From assembly GCA_013265495.1 (NCBI GenBank), contig MU063892.1, forward strand, positions 620,001 to 684,000: DNA of 64,000 bases. Direction: 5' to 3'. This document shows positions 24,401 through 35,860 of this stretch, one piece after another; positions within the stretch are counted from its first letter, which is position 1, and each line of letters opens with the position of its first letter. The translations under genes and the position numbers were made by a program. The stretch comes from Vicugna vicugna. Taxonomy: Eukaryota. The notes under the pieces are model-generated. The model made no database searches. It was not told where the DNA came from and saw only the letters and a list, made by a program, of their open reading frames with translations.

Positions 24401-25738
24401 CCCTCTGCCCCAAACATCCAGCAGAGCCATCTCTTCCCTAGGCCCAGCCTTGCCCTGCTGGCCTGGGAACCGGCTGCTGAGGCCAGTGCTCACTCCTGGC
24501 CCAGCTGGGGTCCCAGGGGAGGGGAGAAGAATGCAGCCGCCTGATGGCCCCCAGGGCCCTGGGGAGACAGAATCTGTCCTTAAAAGGCAGGGAGGTTCAC
24601 TGCCCAGCCTGGGAAGGCTTCCTGGGATGACAGGCCCTGGAGGCATGGTCCCTCTCCACCCAGGGTTCTCCCGGTCTGAGTCAAAGAGGCAAGTCCCAGT
24701 AGTCACTAGAACCAGTGTGACCCCGCCACCATACTCACACTGAGCCCTGGGCTGGGAGGTGCCAGTCTCCTGCCTCACTTTACCACCCTACCAGCCGGGA
24801 GCCTGTCCTTCCCCGACACCGCAGGGCTGAGCTGGAGAAGGAGGGGCCACACCCTGGCAGCTGTCACGTGCTTCGGCAGCGGGAGGCCCCACTCCCGGGG
24901 TGCCCCACACATGCTGAATGACTGACCTGCGGCAGGGTGGACTTCAGCCACTTAGCAAGCATCTACTATGTGCCGAGCTCGGAGACAGGTGTTCTCACCA
25001 AGGTACACACATCACCACACGGCCTTCTCCCAACAGCCCTGCACAAAAGGAGGCATTGCCCCAGCAGAAGGGGGAGCAGAACTCAAACAGGTTTGATGAG
25101 CCCCGGCTCGTGAGGCGACACCCTAGTCAATCCAAAGGGTTCGGTGAAGGAAGCTTTAGGACACCAGAGAGAAGTGGGCTGGCCAGGCCACAAGGTCCAG
25201 AAGTAAAAGCTGGGATCCTAACGGCCTGATCACCCTCTGTCGGACAGTCCGGTACCTACCTCATGCTGGGCCAAGCCTGTGCCCTGTGCCCTAGCAGGGG
25301 TCCAACCCTCTCACTGAAAGGGTCCTGTCCTCGCCCATCCTTGATCTGCCTGTGACCGGGGGCCCACAGGCCTGCTACACGGCCCCAAACAAGTTCCTTC
25401 CTCTCTCTAGGCTGCTGTCTCCTCACCCGCCGAGCTAGCCACAAAGTGAACTCCCCATGAACATAAGGGGCCAGATACTAACCATTACCACCCCCCTCCC
25501 CCCGACCGCCCCACCTCCTCACCGCCTCATGTAACAGTGTCGGGCAGTACCTCACTGCTGCCTGTTGCTGACTTGCGCCACAGGCTTGGGGAGAGACCAG
25601 GGATGTGATGGGTGCTGGTTCTGACTCCTGAACAGGAGAGGCACCCCTCAGCATCCTGCCCATCTCCTGTCCCCACCCTTTCCAGTACAATTCTACAGCC
25701 TAATGGAGTCTTCAAACAACATTCAGGAACACATTTAC

Positions 25739-25809
25739 CTCCCCACATCTTTTTTTGGGCAGGGGGAGGGGGCAAGGGGCACAGAGAGAAGAAACAAAAA
25801 ACTTTCCAT
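25739..25809 (-). CDS. Candidate alternative first coding exon (MESFLFLLSVPLAPSPCPKKDVG-R), unproven
   Basis: ATG at 25809 directly after an in-frame TAG, then 23 codons + AG and the donor GAG|gtaaat. Phase 2 matches the inferred phase of exon 4. Adjacent to the masked run 25839-25970. Confidence 0.35.
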
Positions 25810-28800
25810 CTAATCCCTTAAGTTATCCTGCAGTCTGANNNNNNNNNNNNNNNNNNNNNNNNNNNNNNNNNNNNNNNNNNNNNNNNNNNNNNNNNNNNNN
25901 NNNNNNNNNNNNNNNNNNNNNNNNNNNNNNNNNNNNNNNNNNNNNNNNNNNNNNNNNNNNNNNNNNNNNNGGAACACTCATTGAACAGGATGAGATTTGG
26001 GCAAATCGAAAGTGAGTTGAGGACCAAATGCTCCTCCTGCTTCAGAGTCAGGACAGCTCTCTGCCCTTCCCTGGTCCCCAAGAGAAACCACGAAGCCTGG
26101 ACCAGCTGCTCAGAAAGACTGAGACACCCAAAACCCTAAGCTCCCCTCAGCCTCCCCCCAAGGAAATCGCCCCCCAGCCCAGGAGCACAGCATTAGCCCC
26201 ATCTGCCACAACCCTGATACTGCCAGTCCCAGAGCACCCAGACAGCATCCCACTGCCCATCCCCCAGCTCCTTGGCTTGGAACTCTTGAGAACAGAACAG
26301 TTCAAGGCCCTGGCTGTGCTGTCCGTCCCTGCGAGTTCAGTTCAGTCTGTGCCGTTTCCTCACAAGCACGATCACGCCCATGCATCCCCTCGGTCCCACA
26401 GATCATACCCCTCCCCACCCCACCCTCCCAGACCATCGAAACCTCCAACAGCTGCCTCAGGCCCTGGGGACTCAGGACCCAAGTGGGGAGGGATGATGAA
26501 ACAAAAAAAAAAAACAAAAAAGAATGAGCTGAAAACCAAGGACTTCCACTCCCCAAGGAAGCTACTTCTTCTCTGGCTTATCTAATTCCTCCCAGCTCTC
26601 CACCTCCAGGAAGCCTTCCTGGGCTCAGCGGCCCCTCTAAAGAATGAGAGAGTTGGGGAAGAGGCGGCATCTTCTCCCCTCTCGTCTCCACCTCAGACCT
26701 GGGTTCTGGTGCTGTGTGAGCCACTCATGTTGGGGTGACAAGGTGATCTGGGGACTGTTCTTTTCCTACCCCTGGGCACTAGGCTTCCAGCCTCAGACCA
26801 GCCACTTGTCAACACAGCCCTAGTCCCTGGCATCATGCTGGTTGATGACTGGTCTAATGTGGTGAGGTCTCCTTCCTTAAAGACAAACACACGTGACTTT
26901 GGTCAAATTAATTAACCTGCCATGTCTCAGTTGTCTTATCTGTTAAATGGGGATAGCATCACCTTCGGTGCAACAGGTGTAACCGAATGCGCAGTGATCA
27001 GTCCCCGCCCTTCCTTCTCCTGGGCATTCTGCCCCTTCCCGCCCCTACAGCGCTTCTGCCTTAGGCAAGTGGCTCTACTTCCTTGCTTAAGGAGAGATGG
27101 ACCCATCTGGGAGCAAATGCTGGCATCTGAGGTCCAGCAGCAATGCTTTCTCCTGTCCTGCCACCATTTAGGACAGAGGTGCTTTGTGGCCTCTGGCAGA
27201 CAAGAGGCAAAGACAAGCTGGGGAAGAGGCCAAGGGAGTGTAGACCTTGGGCAGGTCTCTCCTGCACCTGCACTTTCTCATCTGACAAATGGGCTGCCCT
27301 TACCCCCTCCCAGAGCCTGCTGGAGGTCTGTTATCAATGATGACACCCCCGACTCCTGGTTCGAGTTAATTCAGTATTTCAGTGTATAGTTACTGAGTGC
27401 CTCCAGTATGAAAGCGCTGAGCCTGGGGGCCTTGAGACCCTGGTTTCCCATCCTCTCAAAGCCTGGTGTCTGGGAGTCCCAATGGGGCATCAGAGCTCTG
27501 CTTCCCTGACTGCAACTCGCAGGAGACAGCCAGAGCTCTCATCAGCAGCAAAACAGCAGGAGCGGGTGGCTGCCAACCAGCCACGGGCACCCAGGCCACC
27601 AGCGAAAGCCAAAACTCATGTCAAAGAAAACCAGGGTGTGGCTGCTGAGTTCCTCCTGCTCCTAGCGACCATGCATCTAAGCCATCTGTGGCTCTCCGGT
27701 GCTGGCCTGAGTCATGACACCCCATACGCCTGGGAAGTGCACCAGGCAGGCACTGGCTCTGCATCTAGCAGACCCCAATCTCTGCTGCTCACGTGGCCCA
27801 GCTACAGTTAAAAAAACAGGCTCTGAGACCTTGAGGGGCTTCCGAAGGCCAGGGTGTCCCAGATGCCCAAGAGCCCACCTTCTCTTTCCACCACACTCTG
27901 GCTGACTCTGGGATAAGCTAGCCCTGTCTGTCATTTACCACTGGTCCGTGGGATTCCAAACAGTAATGCCATATACTTTAAATTGTTTCCAAGGTGCATC
28001 CCAATCCAGCCACACAGGTCCTGCTCAGCTGCATCTGGACCCAGTCACACTGGGTTGCCCACCTACACTCAGAACACCCCCAGCAGCAAGTCCACCTTAT
28101 CCATCAATGCCCAGCTCAGAGACCACCATGTCCACTCCGCCTGCCCCAGCAGAACCAGAGTTTGCCCCGAGGCACTCCACCACCAACCCACCTCTGGAAG
28201 TGGAGGCTCAGAGAAGTCCAGCAGCTTGCCCAAGGTCACAGTTCACAGGCACCTGGGCAGGGCTGGAGGTCTGGCAGCTGGGCTCCAACTCCAAATTCTC
28301 TTCACTGCCTGTCAATGCCTCAGACTTTCACCAAGCCTACAGAAATCCTGTGATCAAATGCACTAACTTTCAAGTCACTTAGAAAAATCATGGGTCACCA
28401 GAACTGTACTGAGCCCTTCCTGTCACCTCTTGTGTGACCCTAGGTAGATCACTTCCCTGTCTGGGAAATGTGAGAAGGGTAGGACGCTGATCCAACAGCA
28501 GTTGTAGTGATGGTGGTGGCCAGGACCAAGGGACACGGAGACTTGTAAGAAGCCAGGCACATGGCTGGCACTTCCATAGCAGTGGCTCAGCTGCCCATCA
28601 CAATCGCTCCGCAAGACAGCATGTGACAAGCCAAAATCCGGACGTCTCTGGAGCCAGGATACTTCCCCAGGACAGACTGACGCATCACAGGGACCTGGCT
28701 CCTGACAACTGTTTCAAACATTTAAGCTACAGCAAAACACACCCCAGGTCTGGACACGCTGCCGGCCTGCAGGCCGATGGATCAGGAGACAGACACAGGC

Positions 28801-28912
28801 AGGGAGAAGCAGGGGAAAAGAAGAGTCCGGCTTGGGGTGGGGAGTGGCCCCCAAACCCTAGCGCAGCCCCACCCAGTGCAGCCCCGGGCTGGGCTGAGCA
28901 AAGGCCAAGCAC

Positions 28913-28974
28913 CTCACTTCCCGGTTCCCGGTGCAGCCATGGATGCCACCGGGCCTGCTCACGGAAAGGAGCAT
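28913..28974 (-). CDS. Candidate alternative first coding exon (MLLSVSRPGGIHGCTGNREV-R or MAAPGTG-K), unproven
   Basis: Two ATGs (28974, 28940) and two donors 5 nt apart (GAA|gtgagg after 28918; GAG|gtgctt after 28913). Each ATG is phase 2 with one of the donors. Confidence 0.3.
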
Positions 28975-29280
28975 GATTCCCTCTCTTTTTAAAAACTGAA
29001 AACAGAAAACAACACTCCTCGGTTTCTCGCTTTTTGGCAGGGTTATCCTAATCGCTTCTACTACACTCTGGGCCACCGGTAGATGTCTGCAGAGGGGCAG
29101 AGACACCATTGTGGGGGAACAACTGAGTCCCTCCCAAGACTGGGCACCTGTAACGACCCCTCTCTGACCAGACACTCCCACCCATCTCATTTAGTTGCCC
29201 CTGGGCCCAGGAGGCTGGCAGCCTCCCTCCTTCCCTCCTCCGCTCAGGCCATCGGGTCACTCACCATCCCTCAGCTCGGC

Positions 29281-29304
29281 CACCAGGCTCACCAGGCTCA
29301 CCAG
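29281..29304. repeat. 9-bp tandem repeat (CACCAGGCT) x2.7
   Basis: caccaggct caccaggct caccag. Confidence 0.85.
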
Positions 29305-30604
29305 ACCGGGGAAATGGAGGGGCCGGGCCAGCCACCCTGCTGCCCGCTGCCCCCCACTGGGCCCAGCCAGTCCAACCCCACTCCAGTCCTAGGCATACCA
29401 CTCCAGCCCTGTCCACTGGGACTAATCATGGCTAGTTAAACAAAGGCTAAGTTCCAACACTCCGTAATGTGCTTTTAAAGGGCCAGTGTCCCACTTGGGG
29501 CCGCTGAGGACTTAAAGGCACAGCTCCCTTTTTCTGTATAGGAAACAAGACAGCAAAAAACCAAAAATCCCTCTGAGGTCATGATCAAATCAGAGGCCTA
29601 GGGCTTCTCAGGAAGATTTTAGACAAAATGTATAACAGTAAAACTCCAAATTTCACCTGAAGAACTGCCCACACCCTAAAACCAGGAGGCTGCAGCTCAA
29701 GACTGAGAGTAGGAAGCGCCCACGGTGCACCAGGCACTGCTCTCTGCGCTGCACAGCCCTGTCTCGCTACTCCTCACAATCATGCCACAACACGGGCATT
29801 CCCCTCACCCCACCTTACAGGTGAGGAAGCCAGGGCCGTGCAAAGTCTGCAGCAAAGCCAGGGCACAGCCACGTGAGTTCAGCCAAAGCCAGGACTCTCT
29901 CCCACCTGCTCCCTCTGGAGGTCCCACCTGTTCCACATCCACTAGCATCTTTTTTTTAAGGAAATAAGCCGGTGAGGATGAGGAATCATTCTCACAGGTG
30001 CCCAAACACCGGGCTTTCAGTCTAGGCCTCAAAACGCTGCGAGGTCAGTTCCACTCTTTCCCCCTCCTTACAGATGAGAAGACTGGACATCAGGAAGCGT
30101 AGGAAAGGCAGGGAGAGGAAGAGGGGGGTCTGCAGCCCTGCAGGGGTGGGGCACCTGACACCCAGGCCTTCATCCCTTCTCAAATAGACTCTACAGTCAA
30201 GAGGAGGGGGTGGGTAAGGGAGTGGTCCTTCCAAGCGCATGGCTCAGGCAAGCTGGGCAAGGTCCACAGGAATGGACGAGGCAGGGCTGCAGGGATGGGG
30301 GCACTCCTGGGGCCCCTGGGCTCCAAGGGTGGGCAAGGCCTGGGAGCTGCTAGAATAGGAGTGGGCAGGGGAGAGGAAAGGAGGAGAGATTGACTGCCTG
30401 GGGTTCATACCTGGTCCAGCAAGCCGTCCAAGAAAGGTGGGCCATTTTGGGGCACCAGGAGTGGGTGGACAGGCCGTAGGTGTTGTACAGCCAAGCCATC
30501 AGAAAGGCCGAGGCCAGGCAGAGTCCTCAGGCCTAATGCTGTAGGTCATTCAAGGATTTACTACCCTCAGCCCATTTCTATGGAGCCTGGCAGTAAGTTT
30601 GAAG

Positions 30605-30820
30605 CCGTGCAGCCTGGTGGTTAAGAACATGGGTTCTGAAGCCAGACTGTTCAAACCTGGGCTGTGCTGCTTGCAACCTTGTGCTCTTGGACAAGTCAAG
30701 TCCCCTCTCCAAGCCTGTTTCCCCCTCTGCAATAATCATAGTACTAATCCTCACAGGGTTGCTGCGAGGAGTCAGTGAGTTACAGAACCAAATCTGGCTT
30801 CCAGTGAGCACTTACTAAAG
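30605..30820 (+). mobile_element. MIR SINE, near full length
   Basis: gcctggtggttaagaacatgggttctgaagccagact...ttggacaagtc...aataatcatagtactaatcctcacagggttgctgcgagg. Confidence 0.75.
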
Positions 30821-31664
30821 AGCTGCCAGATTAACTAGGTCGAAGGAGGCTGCCCCAGGATATGCTGGGAGACTCAAAACTAGCTTCCTGGGTAGTGGCC
30901 CTGGGCAAGTCACTTCTTTCTCTGAGCCTCAGTTTATTTCTGTAAAGAGGGGGTCCAACTGGGACCCTCCGTGACTACCAGGCATGACCACTCCCTAGCA
31001 TGTCCCAGATGCCCACCCTCCTCCAGAAGCATCCAGGTCATAAGGCCATAAAGGCTGGGCTGTGGTCCGATTCCCCTGCAACCTGAAAACAGCCGGCCTC
31101 CACCCTACCCCAGCCCCAAGCTAACTGGAGTTTGCTGGATAGGGAGAGGGTGCAAGGGTGCCAAGCCACATAGCCTGTCAGGAGGCAGCATAAGGCATCA
31201 CCTCTCCAGGTGGAGCCCAACCCCACCCAGCCAGCTCCGGACCTCGGTCTCCCCCACTCCCCAGTGAGGAGCGGGCCCCCTTCTCAGGTGTCTCCCAAGG
31301 GATGTGCCGCAGCTGAGCCTGCTCTCCTGCCTTCAGCAGCCACACAGCCACTCCACACCTGTGGCACAGCCTCCCAGAAGCTGGGGGCTCCCTTGGCCCC
31401 AAGAGCCCCCAAAGCTTGACCAAGTTCAAGGTCTGCCGCTTTCTTTCTGGAGCCTAAAGCAACTGATGTGTGTCCTGGGGGAGCAAGGAAGAGGAAGGGA
31501 AGCACCAGAGCAAACGGGGGGGTAGGAGACAGAAGGAATGCCCTGAAGCCCTCGCAGAACATGGGGCCACTATTCCTGAGGGGCAGTGGGAGACCCAGGG
31601 GCTTATATCCCACCACCACCTCCTCATGCACAGGATTAATTAGTTGGTACGGGGTGGTGTGACT

Positions 31665-31830
31665 CGGAGGTCTGCAGGGCTGGGTGGCAATTCTGGTTGT
31701 GTACCTTAGCAACTGTGGGACTTTGGGCAAGTCCTTTCAGTTTCCTAAGCCTCAGTTTCTCCATGCATAAAAAGAAATACACTATCCTCTGCAGACAACA
31801 GATGTAAAAACACTGGTTAACCAGACACAG
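31665..31830 (+). mobile_element. MIR SINE
   Basis: ctgtgggactttgggcaagtcctttcagtttcctaagcctcagtttctccatgcataaaa. Confidence 0.7.
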
Positions 31831-32479
31831 AGGAAGCATTTAATGGAACAACTTGGGAACCCAAAGACTCAAATACCTGGGTGGCATTTATTCAACACAC
31901 TCAGAACCCACCTGGGGACCATCAGACCTTAGGTTCTCCCCAACCCTACACCGCTCCCCGACAAAGCCAAACACATTCTAAACCCCCCCTCACAGCCAGC
32001 CAAGCCTTACAGGAGGTCAAGGTGCCGGCCACCAAAATAACTTGAAAAAGATCTCAAACTTCTCTGGAAGCCAAACACACCAAGGAACTTTCCAGAGCAA
32101 AGCCACTAGTGCAAACGAAGTCTAGTTCTGCTCTGGGAAGGTGGGAGGGCCCTCCGAGGAAAGCCAGATCCCGGGCTCTTCTTTATGTGCCCTGGACCCA
32201 GAGAGAGACTGGCAGGGAGAGGGGAGGGCAGGGCTGGGTGACTCTACAGAAAAGGGGAACCTAGCAGGGTGGTTAGCGAGCCCTCCAGGGAGAGAGGGAG
32301 AAAGAAGAGCTCAGAGAGCTGTTGAAGGTCATTTTGGGAGGCCCAGTTCAGCCCATTCAGAGTCCCTAGAGTCTGCTGAGAGGCCCTGGATGCAGGCCCA
32401 AGGTGGAGACCCTCCGCTGCCGGCAAACCCGGACCCGGACCTGAGGACGTGTGAGCCTCTCACCTGAGCCTCCTCGGCT

Positions 32480-33805
32480 CCCTGGGCTGGCCCGCTCTCC
32501 CTGCGCTTCTCAGACCCTGCTGCCTCCTCTTCTACTCATCTCCTGGCTACTGAGCATACCCGGCCTGACCCCAGGGAGTCTCTGGAAGGTCCCCAAAGGC
32601 CTTCATGTGGCCAAAGCCAATCACAGTTTCTGTCCTCCCCTCACTCGACCTGACAGCTAGCTCCCTCCCTGAAGCCCAGGCCACCACACTCCCTCCTCCC
32701 TCACAGGCCACGGCCCTCCTTTCCTCCAGGTGTTGTTGGCAGTTTCTCAGGCTCTGATTTGGGGGCACTCCCTTCAGTAAAACACGTTCCTTTGGTGATC
32801 TCATCTGCTCTTAGCTTGAAACACCTCCTGTGTGCTCAAGACTCCCAAGTTTCTATCTCTGGCCCTTCCCTGCTCTGAGCTCCAGACTCATACGTCTAAA
32901 TGCTGGCCTGATACCTCGTCTTGGATGGCTTGTAGAATCTCAGGCCTGAAATGGCCAAAGTGGAGCTTTGTCTCAGCAGCTTAAGCCAGAATTCTCAAAA
33001 GCCAGGAACCCTCCCTTTCCCTGACCTTGAGCACCCAATCCATCAGCAAATCAGACCACTACCTTCTCTAAAATCTCTCATACCTGTCCACTCCTCCGCA
33101 CCTGCCTGATCCTGCTCCCCTACCTGGAGTAAGAGGGACCTTGGAGAAATGAAAATCAGATTATTTAACTCCTGGGCTTTGAAACCCTCCAGTTATCCCT
33201 ACAGCAATTTGAATAAATCCAGACTTCTTCCCAGGTGAAAGAAGTTCGCAGGAGTGGCCTGCCTACCATCTGACCTCATCAGGCAACTCCACCCCCATTA
33301 CAAGCCTCCGCTTTCCCGCCTCCCTCCTCCCGCCTCCCGCCTCAGGGACTTTGTACTTGGCTGCTCCCTCAGTGGGAGCTCCAGTTCTACCCCCTTCTCC
33401 AAAAGGCTGGTTTCTGGACTCTGGTGGAACTCAGTCCTTCCCCAGCCACTCTGGCTACAACAGGTCCTGCCCCACCCCCATTACTTGCTACAGAAACACT
33501 TGGCTGTTTCCTTCTTATCATCCTGCTCATTCAGCCAGCAAATATTTATTATGTGCAAAAGTATGAGCCGGTCACTATTTCAGGCACTGGGAATCCAGGT
33601 GCTGAACGAACCAGACAAAAATCCTGACTTACATCACTCAATCCGGAATTACTTATTTGTTTCTCCACTCACTTATGGTTACCTGTCTTTCCTGCCAGAA
33701 GGTAAGCTCTGCGTGGCCAAGGGCTATGTCTGTTGTATTTCTGCATCCCAAAGGGAGGGTCTGGCAAGGTGTAAGAGGTCAGTAAGTACTTATGAAATAA
33801 ATTTG
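32480..33805 (+). mobile_element. L2 LINE 3' portion with a nested reverse L2 tail near 33525-33630
   Basis: ctttggtgatctcatct...gactcccaagtttctatctct...ctccagactcatacgtctaaatgc matches the L2 consensus as recalled, ending ...gtacttatgaaataaat. Confidence 0.7.
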
Positions 33806-35644
33806 GAGACACAAAGAACAGGGCAGCAAAAGACTCAGACCTAGAAAGACACAAGAAGTCAAGAGTCAAGCCTTTGCTGCCTCCAAGGCAGATGCCTCTC
33901 ACAGCCCTGTGGTCTCGGCTGAGCATGAAGACTTCTGTAACACCCGAGCCCTTCTGGGGGACAGACTAGATGCACAGTGGCAGCTTTGGTTAACTGCTGG
34001 AGAAGAGGGATGACTGTAGGCCTGTGCAGTCGGGGAAGGTTCCTTGAAAAGGTGAAACCTGAACAAGGCCAACCCCCATGTCCCCAGCACCCAAACCTAG
34101 AGAGGGAGGAAAACAAATCTGTGTTTTAGGGCTCTGATGTTCTTTGCTCTAGTAGAAAACAAGGGAAAAAACTTGCTCCAAAGAACCCTTTACTTTTTAT
34201 TAGTGTCTGGATCAATATAAGTTTTAGGAGTAAAGCTTCTCCTGCAATACTAACCGCCAGAGAGACAGCAGAAGATTATTAAATCTGTCTCCAAGAGGCA
34301 GTGGCTGGGAGCCCCAGCGGCTTCGCCCTTCTCCTTATCTGCGCTGGGAGCCCCAGGCTAAGGGAACAGCAGCCCAAGGGCCCTCACTAGCTACACAGCC
34401 TGGGGTCAAAGCCCCCTCCTCACAGTCCATCTTGCCAACCCCACCAGTTCCCTGGGCCTAGATTTCCTTCCCCACTGCTTCACCTGCCTACTTCCACCTC
34501 CTCGGTCCAACGCTCAGTGGGCTTCTCCCTACCCAGCTCCCGCATGACTTGATGCTTCAGGAGGACAGGGCCTGGTTCCCAGGAGGGAGAAGCCAGACCA
34601 GTAACCCCAGCCCCCACCTTCACTCTTCCTCCCAAGCCTCTGGGGAGGGTCTCCATTCCTTCTCCCAGGGCCAGTGAGGAACCTGGGCTGGTGCGGGAGG
34701 GACCTGTTGGGCACCAATGGGGTCCCGGAACAGGTGGGGTCCTGGACAGGTGGAGTCCCGGGGCTGGGCCTCCTTAGAGAAACAGCCAGCCCCACACCCT
34801 CCAGCTCTGACCCACAGCCATAGAGGTCACCTGCCCACTCGCCAGGGAGTTAAGTTTCCTGTACCCCTTTTACCCCCACAGAGCCACCCACAGACCTTGG
34901 CAGTGGGGTAGGCCCCTGGGCTGACCCAGGTCTGTGCACCAGGGGCCCCGGAGCCAGATCCGGCTTTCGAGGATGGCTGGGTCTCCACAGAGCAGCTCCT
35001 CCGGCCCGGCCCAGGATCTTGCTGAGGTTGTCACCGAGGAGTCCGAGGCCACAGAGACCCATTTCTGAGGATGATGTGCACCCAGGTGCCTCTCCCAGCC
35101 AGATCAGGGGACCTCTCAGCCCAGGCTGGCATCTAATAGGTGTGACCAGACAGGCTTCCCCTTCCTGCAAAGCACAAGCTGATTCTGTCTTCCAAGTTGA
35201 AATTTCAAAAACGACTTAAAAAGACACCACAGTGACAACATCTAGAGATTTCCAGGCCCTCCAAGGAACAAGTGGAAAATTACAGTCTTCCATACAGGTA
35301 ACCACATGGCACAACCTCCAGGTCCAAGAAGTCTAGAAAGACACACTCCCAGCCACGAGCCAGTAGCCCTCCAGGGGCACCTGGGCGGGGTGCATCCTGG
35401 GGACGGAGCTCCAGGTTTGGTCCGGGTCGGGAAGCTGGAGGAGGCTTGCAGCGAGCTTCAGGCTCCTCCCCCAAACTGCTGGCTCCGCCCAGGGTCATAT
35501 CCTGTCCGAGTCCCGCCTCCGGGCCTTTGCACTTGCCATTCCCTCCCCTGGATCTTGGCTCTAGGCAAGGCTGGTTTCTCCGCATTCTGCTCTGAGATCA
35601 AAGTCGTGCATGTCCTAGGTGAGGCCATTCCTAACCACTCTAGC

Positions 35645-35860
35645 TAAAGGAGCAACTTCCACCTTCCCCTACTCAGAGTGATTACCTTGCTTCACTTTCC
35701 TCATAGAACTGATCTGAAACTTGCTTGGGCCCCCTCCTCCCGCCCGGGAGAATGTCCCGGCCGCAAAAATTGGGCTTGTTCACCTGGTAGGCCCGGTAGA
35801 CCTCCAGCCGCGTGCCTGGCACAAAGTAGGCACTAACAGATGTCCTGAACGAATATATGT
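35645..35860 (+). mobile_element. L2 3' end
   Basis: gtgcctggcacaaagtaggcactaacagatgtcctgaacgaat is a typical L2 terminus. Confidence 0.65.

Larger units (their letters stand above)
531..25970. other. Six N-runs: 531-662 (132 nt), 2090-2309 (220), 8166-8313 (148), 14352-14491 (140), 17477-17632 (156), 25839-25970 (132)
   Basis: Read directly from the sequence; 928 nt in total. Confidence 0.99.

Noticed and set aside
25839-25970. Idea that the sixth N-run hides constitutive exon 3 (GFLSRRLK...DNER)
   Set aside because: That exon is recalled as 134 nt, which cannot fit with its splice sites in 132 N. In human it lies ~57 kb upstream of exon 4, which would put it beyond this window.
34148-34205. 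Sense AATAAA and a polypyrimidine-AG suggesting intronic polyadenylation or a cryptic exon
   Set aside because: No good partner donor was found, and isolated hexamers are common.
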